From assembly GCA_963703285.1 (NCBI GenBank), contig OY969807.1, forward strand, positions 544,001 to 608,000: a DNA stretch of 64,000 bases, read 5' to 3'. The number at the start of each line of letters is the position of its first letter. Position 1 is the first letter of the stretch. Of this stretch, positions 9,622 through 18,446 are shown in pieces. The translations under genes were made by a program, and so were the position numbers. A model generated the notes under the pieces. The model saw only the letters and a list, made by a program, of their open reading frames with translations, was not told where the DNA came from and made no database searches. The DNA is from an uncultured Nitrososphaerota archaeon. GTDB taxonomy: Archaea > Thermoproteota > Nitrososphaeria > Nitrososphaerales > Gagatemarchaeaceae.

Positions 9622-10158
9622 ATGGAGGAGACGAACCCTCCCAGAAAGCGGAAGACAGAGAACCGCTCCTTCAGGATAGATTCGGAGGTACTGAGAGGGC
9701 TCGAAGAGGAGGCCGGAAGGAAGCAGGTCAGCGTCAACACCCTGGTGAACCAGCTGCTAGCCGACTACATAGACGTGGGGCGCCACAGGAAGAGGCTCGG
9801 AACCGTCGCCCTGAGCATAAGCGCATTCGAGCTGATCATCGCGGCGGCGAGCGATGCGGACATCGTCCAGGCGGGGACCATGTCGGGCAGGAACGTCCCC
9901 AGAGCGTACGCGCTGAGCAAGTGGGGCAGGGACAACCCCCAGTACGTCCTCAGCTTCATCAGGGAGAACGCCTCCGTGACGGGGCTCTACGACTACAGCG
10001 AATCTCCAACCTCGCCGAAGACCATCACGCTCACCCACCAGTTCGGCAGGAAGTGGTCGCTCTATCTTGCCAGCTTCTTCACCGCGGCCTTCGATGACGC
10101 GGGAGAGAAGGTCCAGACCGAGGTCAGCAACCAAGCGGTCGGATTGAAGTTGTTGTGA
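9622..10158 (+). CDS. Ribbon-helix-helix DNA-binding protein with C-terminal domain
   Basis: RSFRIDSEVLRGLEEEAGRKQVSVNTLVNQLL; TATA-like ttaaata at ~9588. Confidence 0.8.
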   Translation: MEETNPPRKRKTENRSFRIDSEVLRGLEEEAGRKQVSVNTLVNQLLADYIDVGRHRKRLGTVALSISAFELIIAAASDADIVQAGTMSGRNVPRAYALSKWGRDNPQYVLSFIRENASVTGLYDYSESPTSPKTITLTHQFGRKWSLYLASFFTAAFDDAGEKVQTEVSNQAVGLKLL

Positions 10159-10234
10159 CATGCTATCTGTCTTAACTAAGATGCGTTCCCTATCGTGTCG
10201 AGCTGCCGCCGGTTTCGCCAAGCTCCGCCCGAGG

Positions 10235-10432
10235 CTAGAGCTCAGATGAGCAGGCTAGTTTGATCTCTCCTTCTGAAACGAGAGAAGGATCATAGTCGAC
10301 CGAGACGACCTGCTCCACAACGTCGGCCCTTACCTTGATGAGGCCCGGCAGCCTGGCGATTCTCCGTTTAACCACCATCGGCGACCCTCGTACTTGGAAG
10401 ATCAGCTTGCGGCTGCTTCTCGATTCCAACAT
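10235..10432 (-). CDS. HMA/CopZ-like fold protein lacking CxxC
   Basis: KLIFQVRG...RIARLPGLIKVRADVVEQVVSVDYDPSLVSEGEIK; ATG at 10432. Confidence 0.6.
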   Translation of the reverse strand: MLESRSSRKLIFQVRGSPMVVKRRIARLPGLIKVRADVVEQVVSVDYDPSLVSEGEIKLACSSEL

Positions 10433-10604
10433 GTGTCTCACTATGGCAGCATATCGCCGTCGATGTTGGTCCCTAGCGGCTATTTGGGGGGTATGAACGC
10501 AGACGCTGTTCATGTGACCATCTGTGTTCCTTGTCATTCACATGGACGGCCATTGCAGCCGCTCCGCCAGGGAGTATCGCGGAAAGCACAGCCAAATCAT
10601 TAGC

Positions 10605-10622
10605 ATCCCTTCCGGCCCATCA
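10605..10622 (+). repeat. tRNA-3'-end-like direct repeat, copy 1 (atcccttccggcccatca)
   Basis: Identical 18-mer at 11595-11612. Confidence 0.8.
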
Positions 10623-10712
10623 CAGTTCATCTTGAGCTCATTTATGCCGCAAGGAGCTTGAATTGAGTCAATAGACGTTGAATCTAGCCGTGCCCAGACC
10701 CATTGACTGGCC

Positions 10713-11069
10713 CTAGCGAGACCCTGACTTTACTGTGATTGGTTTCTGATACTCTTCGACCGCTCTCTGCATCGTCTTTCTCGAAATGGTCATGTCCAGC
10801 TTAATCAGCTGCTTCACAACGTCGTTGGCTCTGTCGAGCTTGTACATCGTGGCTCGTCCGACGTGCCTAGTGGCCTTTACCGCGCTCGACGTCTCAAGTT
10901 CCTTCCAATACTTGAAGAAAGTCACGCGACTCATAGCAAGATTCCTCGCAATCTCGTTCTTCGAGTAGTCTGATAGCGGATTGTCCAAGAAGAAGTCTAT
11001 GATTCTCAATGTCGGGCTGGCGCCAAGATAGCGGAGCAAGAGTGTTTCGTCGGGCTTGTATGCCATCAA
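10713..11069 (-). CDS. Winged-helix (ArsR/MarR-like) protein
   Basis: SPTLRIIDFFLDNPLSDYSKNEIARNLAMSRVTFFKYWKELE...VGRATMYKL. Confidence 0.8.
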   Translation of the reverse strand: MMAYKPDETLLLRYLGASPTLRIIDFFLDNPLSDYSKNEIARNLAMSRVTFFKYWKELETSSAVKATRHVGRATMYKLDRANDVVKQLIKLDMTISRKTMQRAVEEYQKPITVKSGSR

Positions 11070-11081
11070 AATATTTTTAGG

Positions 11082-11111
11082 TTTGAAAGTATATAAGGTT
11101 AACCTTTCAAA
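11082..11111. promoter_or_regulatory. Divergent promoter with operator palindromes
   Basis: tttgaaag...ctttcaaa inverted repeat; perfect palindrome aaggttaacctt (11095-11106); tatataa box. Confidence 0.6.
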
Positions 11112-11128
11112 GTATCTTAAGTGAACTC

Positions 11129-11410
11129 ATGTTCTCCGACGATGAGATCAAGGCCACGTTGATGTTCAAGCTTCACAAAAGAGGAAACTGGGGAGCGAGC
11201 CACACTGCCCTCGACAACCTCACCAAGGGCTGGAATCAGTCCGACCTAGGAAAGCATGGACTGAAGCGGGTCGAGCAAATCGCTAAAGAGCTGATTCGTC
11301 AGGGTGCGATAATTCCAAAGCCCACTTCATACGGCCTGCAGGTCTCGCTGAATCCAAGGCAGAGCGATGCGATAACGGCGTTCATGCGGAGATACTTTCC
11401 GAACGTGTGA
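11129..11410 (+). CDS. Small hypothetical protein (wHTH-like)
   Basis: WGASHT...KELIRQGAIIPKPTSYGLQVSLNP; divergent from the gene at 10713-11069. Confidence 0.75.
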   Translation: MFSDDEIKATLMFKLHKRGNWGASHTALDNLTKGWNQSDLGKHGLKRVEQIAKELIRQGAIIPKPTSYGLQVSLNPRQSDAITAFMRRYFPNV

Positions 11411-11594
11411 TTTCAAATGTCGAGTTCGCGCAAAAGAATGATTACGCTATCAAAAGTAGATCACTATCTTTAACCTAGAATCCAACACTCGCCTGCTTTA
11501 TTTCGACCAGGTCAAGCTTTCGAATCTGCACTTATTCGAATCCTTGTCAAGGTCAAGGTTGTGAATCCCGACATTCGACAACTGTTTAGAACGA

Positions 11595-11612
11595 ATCCCT
11601 TCCGGCCCATCA
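11595..11612 (+). repeat. tRNA-3'-end-like direct repeat, copy 2
   Basis: cgaatcccttccggcccatca resembles T-loop + T-stem + acceptor 3' strand. Confidence 0.8.
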
Positions 11613-11699
11613 TTCAGACCAGCCCACAATGAACTGCGTTTTGCCTGGAAACGACCCATTGGAGCCAACCTCCGGGCAAGCGGCGTTCACTTCCTGGCA

Positions 11700-11915
11700 T
11701 CAAATCAATTTGAGGAATTCCTCAATCGTCATTCCCACATCATCGATAATGCTCTTCATTGTTCCTGTCTTGATTGGGTCATGACGCGGTACCACAGTCC
11801 ATCTGCCATCACGATGGTCCAGGATGACATGACTTCCTGACTGTCTCTTTACCACGGAAGCGAGTTTGCCAAGAGCCTTGACCATTTCTCGCCAGCTGTG
11901 GTTGCTGAGACTCAC
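11700..11915 (-). CDS. hicA: HicA mRNA interferase toxin
   Basis: RQSGSHVIL...TVVPRH...GTMKSII...EEFLKL. Confidence 0.92.
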   Translation of the reverse strand: MSLSNHSWREMVKALGKLASVVKRQSGSHVILDHRDGRWTVVPRHDPIKTGTMKSIIDDVGMTIEEFLKLI

Positions 11916-12130
11916 CTTATCGTAATCTCCAGCACTTCGCCCTTCTCTCTCTTTGCCTTCTCGCGAAGGTAATCCATCGTCAGAGTCAGAGCGTCGCGCA
12001 TGTTTTTCTTGACCTCGGTCAGGGTTTCACCTTCGGTGTGAACCTGAGGGAGTTCTACGCACTTGGCGACGTACCCACCTTCTTCGGCCCTGCTAATGAC
12101 GTAGGTGTACGTTCGGCCCTTTACTCTCAT
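11912..12130 (-). CDS. hicB: HicB antitoxin (short form)
   Basis: EEGGYVAKCVELPQVHTEGETLTEVKKNMRDAL. Confidence 0.92.
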   Translation of the reverse strand: MRVKGRTYTYVISRAEEGGYVAKCVELPQVHTEGETLTEVKKNMRDALTLTMDYLREKAKREKGEVLEITIR

Positions 12131-12191
12131 TTGACAACGCTACAGGCTTGGCCGTGAATATAACCGTCTCGGCGGGGCCGCTCATCTTCGC

Positions 12192-12329
12192 TCTGAAAGA
12201 GCCACAATCAGACGCATCCCTGAGGATCTGTGGGCAGCGCTGGCTCCTCTCCTGGGAGAAGAGAAGGTGCCTAGCACAAGAGGGAGGCCTCCCGTCTCCT
12301 TCAGGAGGGCCATCGACGGGATACTCTAC
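12192..12329 (+). mobile_element. IS5-family transposase N-terminal fragment
   Basis: Manual translation IPEDLWAALAPLLGEEKVPSTRGRPPVSFRRAIDGILY (DUF4096-like); remainder absent. Confidence 0.7.
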
Positions 12330-12361
12330 GGCGAGGTCCCTGCGCGTCGTTCCCGTAGGCC

Positions 12362-14230
12362 CTACGTGGGACCGGTCAAGCCGTCGAGGGAACCGGTCAG
12401 CAGCTCCGGGCTCTTCAGGTACTTCTGCATGCCCTCAGAGGCGATCTGCACCTGTGGACCGGCTATGTGCGTCCCCGAAGGGACCGTGTCTCCCGTCGTG
12501 TTGTTGACCTCGCCCGCCGCGAAGAGGTTGGGAGCCGTCCAGCACTGCTGCCAGCCGTTGAAGGTCGAGGTCGCCTGGTTCGCGCCGACCCTGTTTCCTC
12601 CCCTCCAGTGGTGACCCCACCAGTCGGTGTGAGCCGAGAAGGGCGGGACCACGGTTCCTCCGGTGGTGATGTTGGCGGCACCGAGCTTGTTCAGGATGGC
12701 GATCAGGGGTGCGTTCCCGGGGCTGGTCGCGAAGTAGGTTGCGCCGTTGTAGCCGTTGGGTGTCCAGTCGTGGGTAATCCTGGCGCACGGGTCCCCCCAC
12801 GCGTCTACGTAGTTCGGGTCCAGGTCCCAGTGGTTCGTCGTGTTGGGAAGGTCAGGAGCGACTCCTCCCAAGCTGACCCGCGCCGATGCCCCTCCGGTCT
12901 GGTACCTGTTCTTCAGGGTTGCCTTGTAGGCGCTGCCCTGGCTGCCGGAGCTGACCCCGCCGGCCTGGGTCAGGTTGCCTGGACCGCTCCCGGCGTAGCT
13001 GCCGGCGCTCTGCTGCGCGCCGCCGACGAAGTTCAGCCCCGAATGGTCGAAGTTGTCATCCATGAAGTCATAGATGGCCGTGTCTCCGCCAGCCGCGTTC
13101 CCCGCGGTGAACGAATTTGTCCCCATGTTCGCCATCAAGCCTCCCGGGCCGCCGGTCGAGCTGTAGGTTCCATAGCCGTACGTCAGCCCCCTGCCGACGG
13201 TCCCGGTCGCGGTGACCGGGTTGTACGGGACACCGACCTCTGACATCAGCATCGCCCTCGTTTGGTTGTACCCCCACAGCCCGTTGAAGAACACGCTTCC
13301 GGGCTGGATGTGGATGTTTCCCTCCATATCGTAGTACCTGACGTCCGCGATCGTGCCGTCGGGATTGGTGCCCAGCCTGAATATCTCGCTGTTGAGGACC
13401 ATCGTGAAGTTCCCAGTCGCGATTGCGGCCGGGATGGTCCTGTTCGCCGAGTTGGCCTTGGCGCCCGTCTCGCACGGATAGTTGCAGGACGACCCGCACC
13501 AGCCGTCGTAGACGCACTCGTTGACGGCGACCCCGTAGGAGTTGGTGTACGCGTGGGAGCAGAGGGAGCTGACGTGAGGAAAGGGTCCGTAACCGAGGGC
13601 CTCGGTCGCAGCTTGGAAGGCGCTTCCGAGGGGTGTGAGCGGGTGGCCGGGCAACGGGTAGTTCTCGCTCATCGGCATCGGGGAGCCGTTCACGTTGCCG
13701 TTGCCGTCCCCGCAGATGCCAATCGCCTTCTCCCAGGCGACGAAGTATGGTTCATAGTCGGCGTAGGTGAAGGGCCAGTCCTCTGTGTCGTCGTTCGGGT
13801 TGATCGATGCCAGGAAGCCAGAGCCGTAGCTCGAGGCTGTGGAGGAGTTGATCGAGAAGGCCCAGGGTCCCTGCCTGCCCATGTTCCCGCCGTAGTGCTG
13901 TGCCGCCCCCCCGACGCCGAAGCCCAGACTGTGATACTGGATCGGGAAGGTCGGCCTCCTGGCCGGGAGCGCAAACTGGTTGACGTTGTTCCTGATCGTG
14001 GTCGTCTGGTACGAGGCCGGGAAGTCGAACTTCCTCTCGAAGCCTATCCCCCACTCGTCGTACTTGTTGGACGGGAAGTCGACGCCGAAGTCCCAGTAGG
14101 GGCCCCTCGTGATCCCTGTGACCTTGTATTTTGCCAAGGACAGCTCGGTGGCTATGGTCCCGCTCATCACGCCGAGACCCATCACGACGACGTCCGCCGC
14201 CTCTTCGGTTATGGTGGTCGACATGCCCAT
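12362..14230 (-). CDS. GMC oxidoreductase, gluconate 2-dehydrogenase flavoprotein-like
   Basis: DVVVMGLGVMSG, GFGVGGAAQHY, DWPFTYADYEPY, CVYDGWC...CETGAK, DLDPNYVDAWGDP and HHWRGG motifs. Confidence 0.85.
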   Translation of the reverse strand: MGMSTTITEEAADVVVMGLGVMSGTIATELSLAKYKVTGITRGPYWDFGVDFPSNKYDEWGIGFERKFDFPASYQTTTIRNNVNQFALPARRPTFPIQYHSLGFGVGGAAQHYGGNMGRQGPWAFSINSSTASSYGSGFLASINPNDDTEDWPFTYADYEPYFVAWEKAIGICGDGNGNVNGSPMPMSENYPLPGHPLTPLGSAFQAATEALGYGPFPHVSSLCSHAYTNSYGVAVNECVYDGWCGSSCNYPCETGAKANSANRTIPAAIATGNFTMVLNSEIFRLGTNPDGTIADVRYYDMEGNIHIQPGSVFFNGLWGYNQTRAMLMSEVGVPYNPVTATGTVGRGLTYGYGTYSSTGGPGGLMANMGTNSFTAGNAAGGDTAIYDFMDDNFDHSGLNFVGGAQQSAGSYAGSGPGNLTQAGGVSSGSQGSAYKATLKNRYQTGGASARVSLGGVAPDLPNTTNHWDLDPNYVDAWGDPCARITHDWTPNGYNGATYFATSPGNAPLIAILNKLGAANITTGGTVVPPFSAHTDWWGHHWRGGNRVGANQATSTFNGWQQCWTAPNLFAAGEVNNTTGDTVPSGTHIAGPQVQIASEGMQKYLKSPELLTGSLDGLTGPT

Positions 14231-14236
14231 CGCCTC

Positions 14237-15409
14237 CTAGGGGGACCCCTTCTGGAACTGACCCAGGCTGACGGGCTTGAGCGTGATCGGAGTCGTCATC
14301 AGCATTATCTCCTTGCCGGTGTAGCCTTCGTTGTAGAAGTCGCCCATGTTCGCTCCGCTGAAGCCCGTGTAGGTCCACCCCACCATCCCCTTGTTCCCTC
14401 CATAGACGGGGTCCATGGCGAATCCGGCCCAGGTCATGAAGAAGAGCTCGTAGGCGAAGTCGGAGGGAAGGATGCCCCCGAACTCGGCCGTGGTCGGCTT
14501 GTTGTTCCAGAGGTCGGTCAGGCAGGCCGTCTGGTCCGCGGAGGAGAGGTTCTCGAAGTTGCCTCCGTGGGCAGAGTTGGCGTATGCCTCTATCCCCGCC
14601 AGTCCGAGTCTCCAGAACTCGCGCTTGTTCCAGGCGTACTGATAGCGCGTCCCCGCCCCGACCCTCACGTTCGCGGTCGGGGGGTAGACGACGTTGTAGA
14701 CGGTCCCGGCTACCGTGTAGCTTACCGTCGCGCCGTTGTAAGTGGTCCCGTTGACGGTGACGGGCGTCTGGGTGTTGGCGGGTATCCAGGGGCCGTCGAT
14801 GAACACGTTTCCGTCGTTCCCGTATATCCCCTTCAGCTGATGGTCGATGAAGTAGGCGACGCCGGCGGCGCTCGCGCCGGGCCCGGAGCTGTCGGTCGGG
14901 ATTATCGCCTCGACGATCGCCTGGAGTTCGGCCTGTTCGCTGGTGTTGAGGACGAGGAACGAAGCGTCAGAGTCGAGGTCCGCCTGAAGGGCGGACGCCT
15001 GAGAGGTAGCGCTGCTCACCTGGGAAGTGAGGGTCGAGACCTGCCCGTTGAGAGAGGTGACCTGGGCGTTGGCGCTGCTGAGCTGCTGCTGCGTAGAGGT
15101 CAACTGCTGCTCCGTTGAGGTCAGCTGGACGCTGAGCGTGGTGACCTGAGACTGGGCAGAGGACAACTGACCGGCGGTCGAGTTGAGCGCGCTCTGCGTA
15201 GTAGATAGCTGCAGCTGCGTCGATTCTAGCTGGTTTGAGAGGGATGCCACCGCGCTGCTCGAGCTGCTATTGTTCGTCCCTATGACACTGCTTAGGTAGG
15301 CGTCGGTTGCGACGCCTGCCACGACTGCGCCAGCGACAACGCCGGCGCCAATCTTGAGGAAGGTCCTTCGGTCGCCTTCCTTGGTAACTGGCTTGCTGCT
15401 ATCAGCCAT
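14237..15409 (-). CDS. Gluconate 2-dehydrogenase subunit-3-like protein with Tat signal and coiled-coil spacer
   Basis: DRRTFLK Tat motif; S/T/Q/L heptad stretch; IIPTDSSGPGA..AGVAYFIDHQL and DPVYGGNKGMVGWTYTGF motifs. Confidence 0.85.
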   Translation of the reverse strand: MADSSKPVTKEGDRRTFLKIGAGVVAGAVVAGVATDAYLSSVIGTNNSSSSSAVASLSNQLESTQLQLSTTQSALNSTAGQLSSAQSQVTTLSVQLTSTEQQLTSTQQQLSSANAQVTSLNGQVSTLTSQVSSATSQASALQADLDSDASFLVLNTSEQAELQAIVEAIIPTDSSGPGASAAGVAYFIDHQLKGIYGNDGNVFIDGPWIPANTQTPVTVNGTTYNGATVSYTVAGTVYNVVYPPTANVRVGAGTRYQYAWNKREFWRLGLAGIEAYANSAHGGNFENLSSADQTACLTDLWNNKPTTAEFGGILPSDFAYELFFMTWAGFAMDPVYGGNKGMVGWTYTGFSGANMGDFYNEGYTGKEIMLMTTPITLKPVSLGQFQKGSP

Positions 15410-15751
15410 CGGACAGTGCACCGTGGACGCCATATATATGGAGTCGCATTTTTGAGACGATACCGGGACGAGATAGTCAACAGGTTCGAGAACCACACGA
15501 TGGTCAGGGACTACTTCCTCGCCAGGAGCGCGGGCGTCGTAATGAGGAGCCAGGAGGATGAAGTGCGCTACCCGACTGGCGGGCAGTATAGCGGTTCGCT
15601 AGCCATCGTCAGACGTTGGAAGTTTGGGCCAGTAGGAGGAGAGCACAATTCCAAGCCCTCTCCGGCCCGTAAAGGCGAATTACCTGTCCATTCAGTTGTG
15701 GCCGAGCTGCCTGAAGATGTGACCGATTCGAAGAGACCCGTCCTGAGGTCC

Positions 15752-16753
15752 CTAGGCGGTTCGAGCCGCAGCGTCAGTTGTCTGGCCAAGTCCGCCGCCT
15801 GTGTATCTGACAGCATCCGTGAGCTGTATGATCCAGACGAAGAGGAAGGCGGCCAGCAGGATTCCGACCACCGGGGCCGAAGACGTCCACGCTAGGCTCG
15901 TCACCGCTTGAATTTTTTGCCCCGAAAGAAACTCTCCTATCCTCGATGGCAGAATCATGTACCAGGATGAGACGGCGCCAAGCGCCAGCCCTTCAACTAG
16001 GAAGGCGACTCCCCTGGACCATCTGCCCTGCCTGAGCTGCGCCAGCCCCATCAGCCCGAAAAAAGAGGGAATCGCCGCCAGAGCCACATCTCTCCATACC
16101 CTTCCGGGGATTTGGAATCGCTGCGAGCTCGCCATCGCCACCGACCCTGGCTTTAGCGAGGAGACGTCCTCGACGGACTCGGTCATGTGCCCGACCGCGC
16201 TCGTGTCGAGGTCTATGGACTCCAGGGCTTCGAGAGGTCCCGCCTCTTCCATGGCCAAGAGAAGTTCGTCCGGAAGTCCGCTGGCCCACCGACTGAAGTA
16301 CCCCACGAGGGCGAAGGAGACCGACAGCGTGACCAGAACGAAGAACGCTCCGATGCCATCCACCGGCAGTATCAAGAGGAAGAGCGCTCCAACCAAGGCT
16401 GTCACGACGATGGCCGCAAGCCAGTTCGCCAGGGCGGATGCTATCTTCCTCCCTCTTACGACCTGATAGGGATACCAGGATGACCGTACTCCCACAACGA
16501 ACGCCGCAAGCGAGGTCACTCCAACGAACGCCAGCAAAGTGAGCACGAACTGGTAGTAGCTTTGTGGGGAGTAGTTCTGGAGGTATCCACCTGGGTTGAA
16601 TGCGGGGCTCTTCGTAATGAATCCGGGATTCTGCAAGATAACCAGGATCCCGGCGAAGACCGATACGCCGAGCAGAGCGGGTAGAAGGATGGCCTGGCGA
16701 CGATAGCTGAGATGCCTCCCCGTGTTCCCCGTAGTACCGTTAGAAGCCGTCAA
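15752..16753 (-). CDS. Multi-pass membrane protein
   Basis: Several hydrophobic helices; C-terminal FFGLMGLAQ...SSWYMILP shared with 33673-34536. Confidence 0.7.
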   Translation of the reverse strand: MTASNGTTGNTGRHLSYRRQAILLPALLGVSVFAGILVILQNPGFITKSPAFNPGGYLQNYSPQSYYQFVLTLLAFVGVTSLAAFVVGVRSSWYPYQVVRGRKIASALANWLAAIVVTALVGALFLLILPVDGIGAFFVLVTLSVSFALVGYFSRWASGLPDELLLAMEEAGPLEALESIDLDTSAVGHMTESVEDVSSLKPGSVAMASSQRFQIPGRVWRDVALAAIPSFFGLMGLAQLRQGRWSRGVAFLVEGLALGAVSSWYMILPSRIGEFLSGQKIQAVTSLAWTSSAPVVGILLAAFLFVWIIQLTDAVRYTGGGLGQTTDAAARTA

Positions 16754-16938
16754 ATTTCCCCACCCTAGCCGTTAGCCATATCCGGACTGATATTTCAAGT
16801 GTCCATGGCCTCCAAAGCCCGCAGTTTGGTGACTCCAACCGATGTAGCCGTAAACACCGCAAATGAGAACACGCATCACTGAAGGCTGTGCCCCCTTATG
16901 TTCAAACTAAGCTGTAGCGATTGCACGCGAGAAGCATT

Positions 16939-17901
16939 CTACAGCAACGGTCGACCTGAAAGCAGGCTAACATACCAACGATAGTACTCCTCCACTCCCT
17001 CTTCAAGCGAGACTTTCGCACGATACCCGATTAGCGACCTTGCCTTGCTGACGTCTGCTTGGCTGTGCACAGTATCGCCAGGCCTCCCTCTAACGTGTAC
17101 AACCTTGCTTTGGTGGTTGCTAATCTTAAGGAAAAGCGAAGCTAGTTCGTTGATACTGGTCGAACGACCTGTACCGATATTCATGGTTTCGTTCTTGACC
17201 CTCTGCTTGCTCAAGCAGAGGCATATCGCGTCCACGGCGTCGTCTACATGCGTAAAGTCCCTCGTTTGATTGCCATCACCATAGATGACGATAGGTCTCG
17301 CACTTGCTGATGACTCCGCAAACTTAGTCATCACCCCGGAGTAGGGTCCCTGCGCCCGTCTTTTCCCGTAGATGTTCATGAGTCGTAGTCGGATCGTGTT
17401 AATGCGGGAGTCTTGGGAGTACGACTTGCAATGCTCTTCCCCCGCCACCTTGGATGCGGCGTACGGGGAAGACGGGTTCAATGGGCTCTCTTCTGTGAAA
17501 GGAAAGCCCTTGGACTCGCCATAAACAGCGGCTGAGGATGCGAACACCATCCTTTTGACACCGTTTCTCTTGCAGCCTTCAAGAACGTTGAGAGTTCCTC
17601 CGGCATTTACTGCGTTGACCAGACGGGGTTCCCTGAACGAGCGCGGGACGCTCACGATAGCCGCGAGGTGAACCACGGATTCAGCACCTTCAAGCACTTT
17701 GGAGGTTTGCTCCGCTCGCCTCACATCCCCCTTAACCAGTTTCAGGTCGTCCCTAGCTACGAGGGAATTGAGACTGTCCGGTTGTCCCGACGAGAAATCA
17801 TCAAACACGACCACTTCATGGCCTTCTCCTACCAATCTCTCGACGAGGTAATGCCCAATGAAGCCCAATCCGCCCGTGACGACCACTCGCTTGGTTGTCA
17901 T
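16939..17901 (-). CDS. NAD-dependent epimerase/dehydratase (UDP-glucose 4-epimerase-like)
   Basis: VTGGLGFIG, SSAAVYG, YAASK and GNQTRDF motifs. Confidence 0.92.
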   Translation of the reverse strand: MTTKRVVVTGGLGFIGHYLVERLVGEGHEVVVFDDFSSGQPDSLNSLVARDDLKLVKGDVRRAEQTSKVLEGAESVVHLAAIVSVPRSFREPRLVNAVNAGGTLNVLEGCKRNGVKRMVFASSAAVYGESKGFPFTEESPLNPSSPYAASKVAGEEHCKSYSQDSRINTIRLRLMNIYGKRRAQGPYSGVMTKFAESSASARPIVIYGDGNQTRDFTHVDDAVDAICLCLSKQRVKNETMNIGTGRSTSINELASLFLKISNHQSKVVHVRGRPGDTVHSQADVSKARSLIGYRAKVSLEEGVEEYYRWYVSLLSGRPLL

Positions 17902-18262
17902 CTTTCCTCAGGTTCGGTCGTCCTTGTCTGCAATTTGAAAGAGTGCTCCAGAAACCAATATTTCAACTGTTCAAGCAAATATGTCAATTTGTGGCCAATA
18001 CAGGTTGCAGACGATGGTAGATCCTTCAATCCTACCGATTACCAAGGAATCCGCGCTCTCTCCTGCAGGGTTGTTGAATAACTATCTTTTTCGCAGAAGT
18101 CTCTCGCTCTCAGACGCTTGAGTACCGTAATTCGCATTTTGACTCCCTATAGTAGGAGCGATATTCGACCTACGATGACGGTAAACCGTAGTTGTTCAAC
18201 ACAGCTTCTCCTGCAAAAGAGTTAATAGAAGGGTTCAGCAAAAACATGAAGGCGAAGCGAGG

Positions 18263-18436
18263 ATGGCTTTATCATTCAACTCAGCCTTGCGCAAAGTGGC
18301 AGTTTTGCCCTCGCGAGTCGTCTCGCTCGCCGCAGCCAACATTGGTTTGCTCACCTTGATGCTGGTCGTCGTCTGCGCAGGCGTAGTGCTCTTTTACCTG
18401 GTTATCCTTCCTCCTGCCACCTCCGTGTACCCTTAG
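18263..18436 (+). CDS. 57-aa single-pass membrane protein
   Basis: Manual translation MALSFNSALRK...IGLLTLMLVVVCAGVVLFYLVILPPATSVYP*; directly upstream of 18447. Confidence 0.45.
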   Translation: MALSFNSALRKVAVLPSRVVSLAAANIGLLTLMLVVVCAGVVLFYLVILPPATSVYP

Positions 18437-18446
18437 ACAGTCCCGT

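Noticed and set aside
13262-15118. 618-aa plus-strand ORF
   Set aside because: Antisense shadow of the GC-rich dehydrogenase genes; no recognisable motifs.
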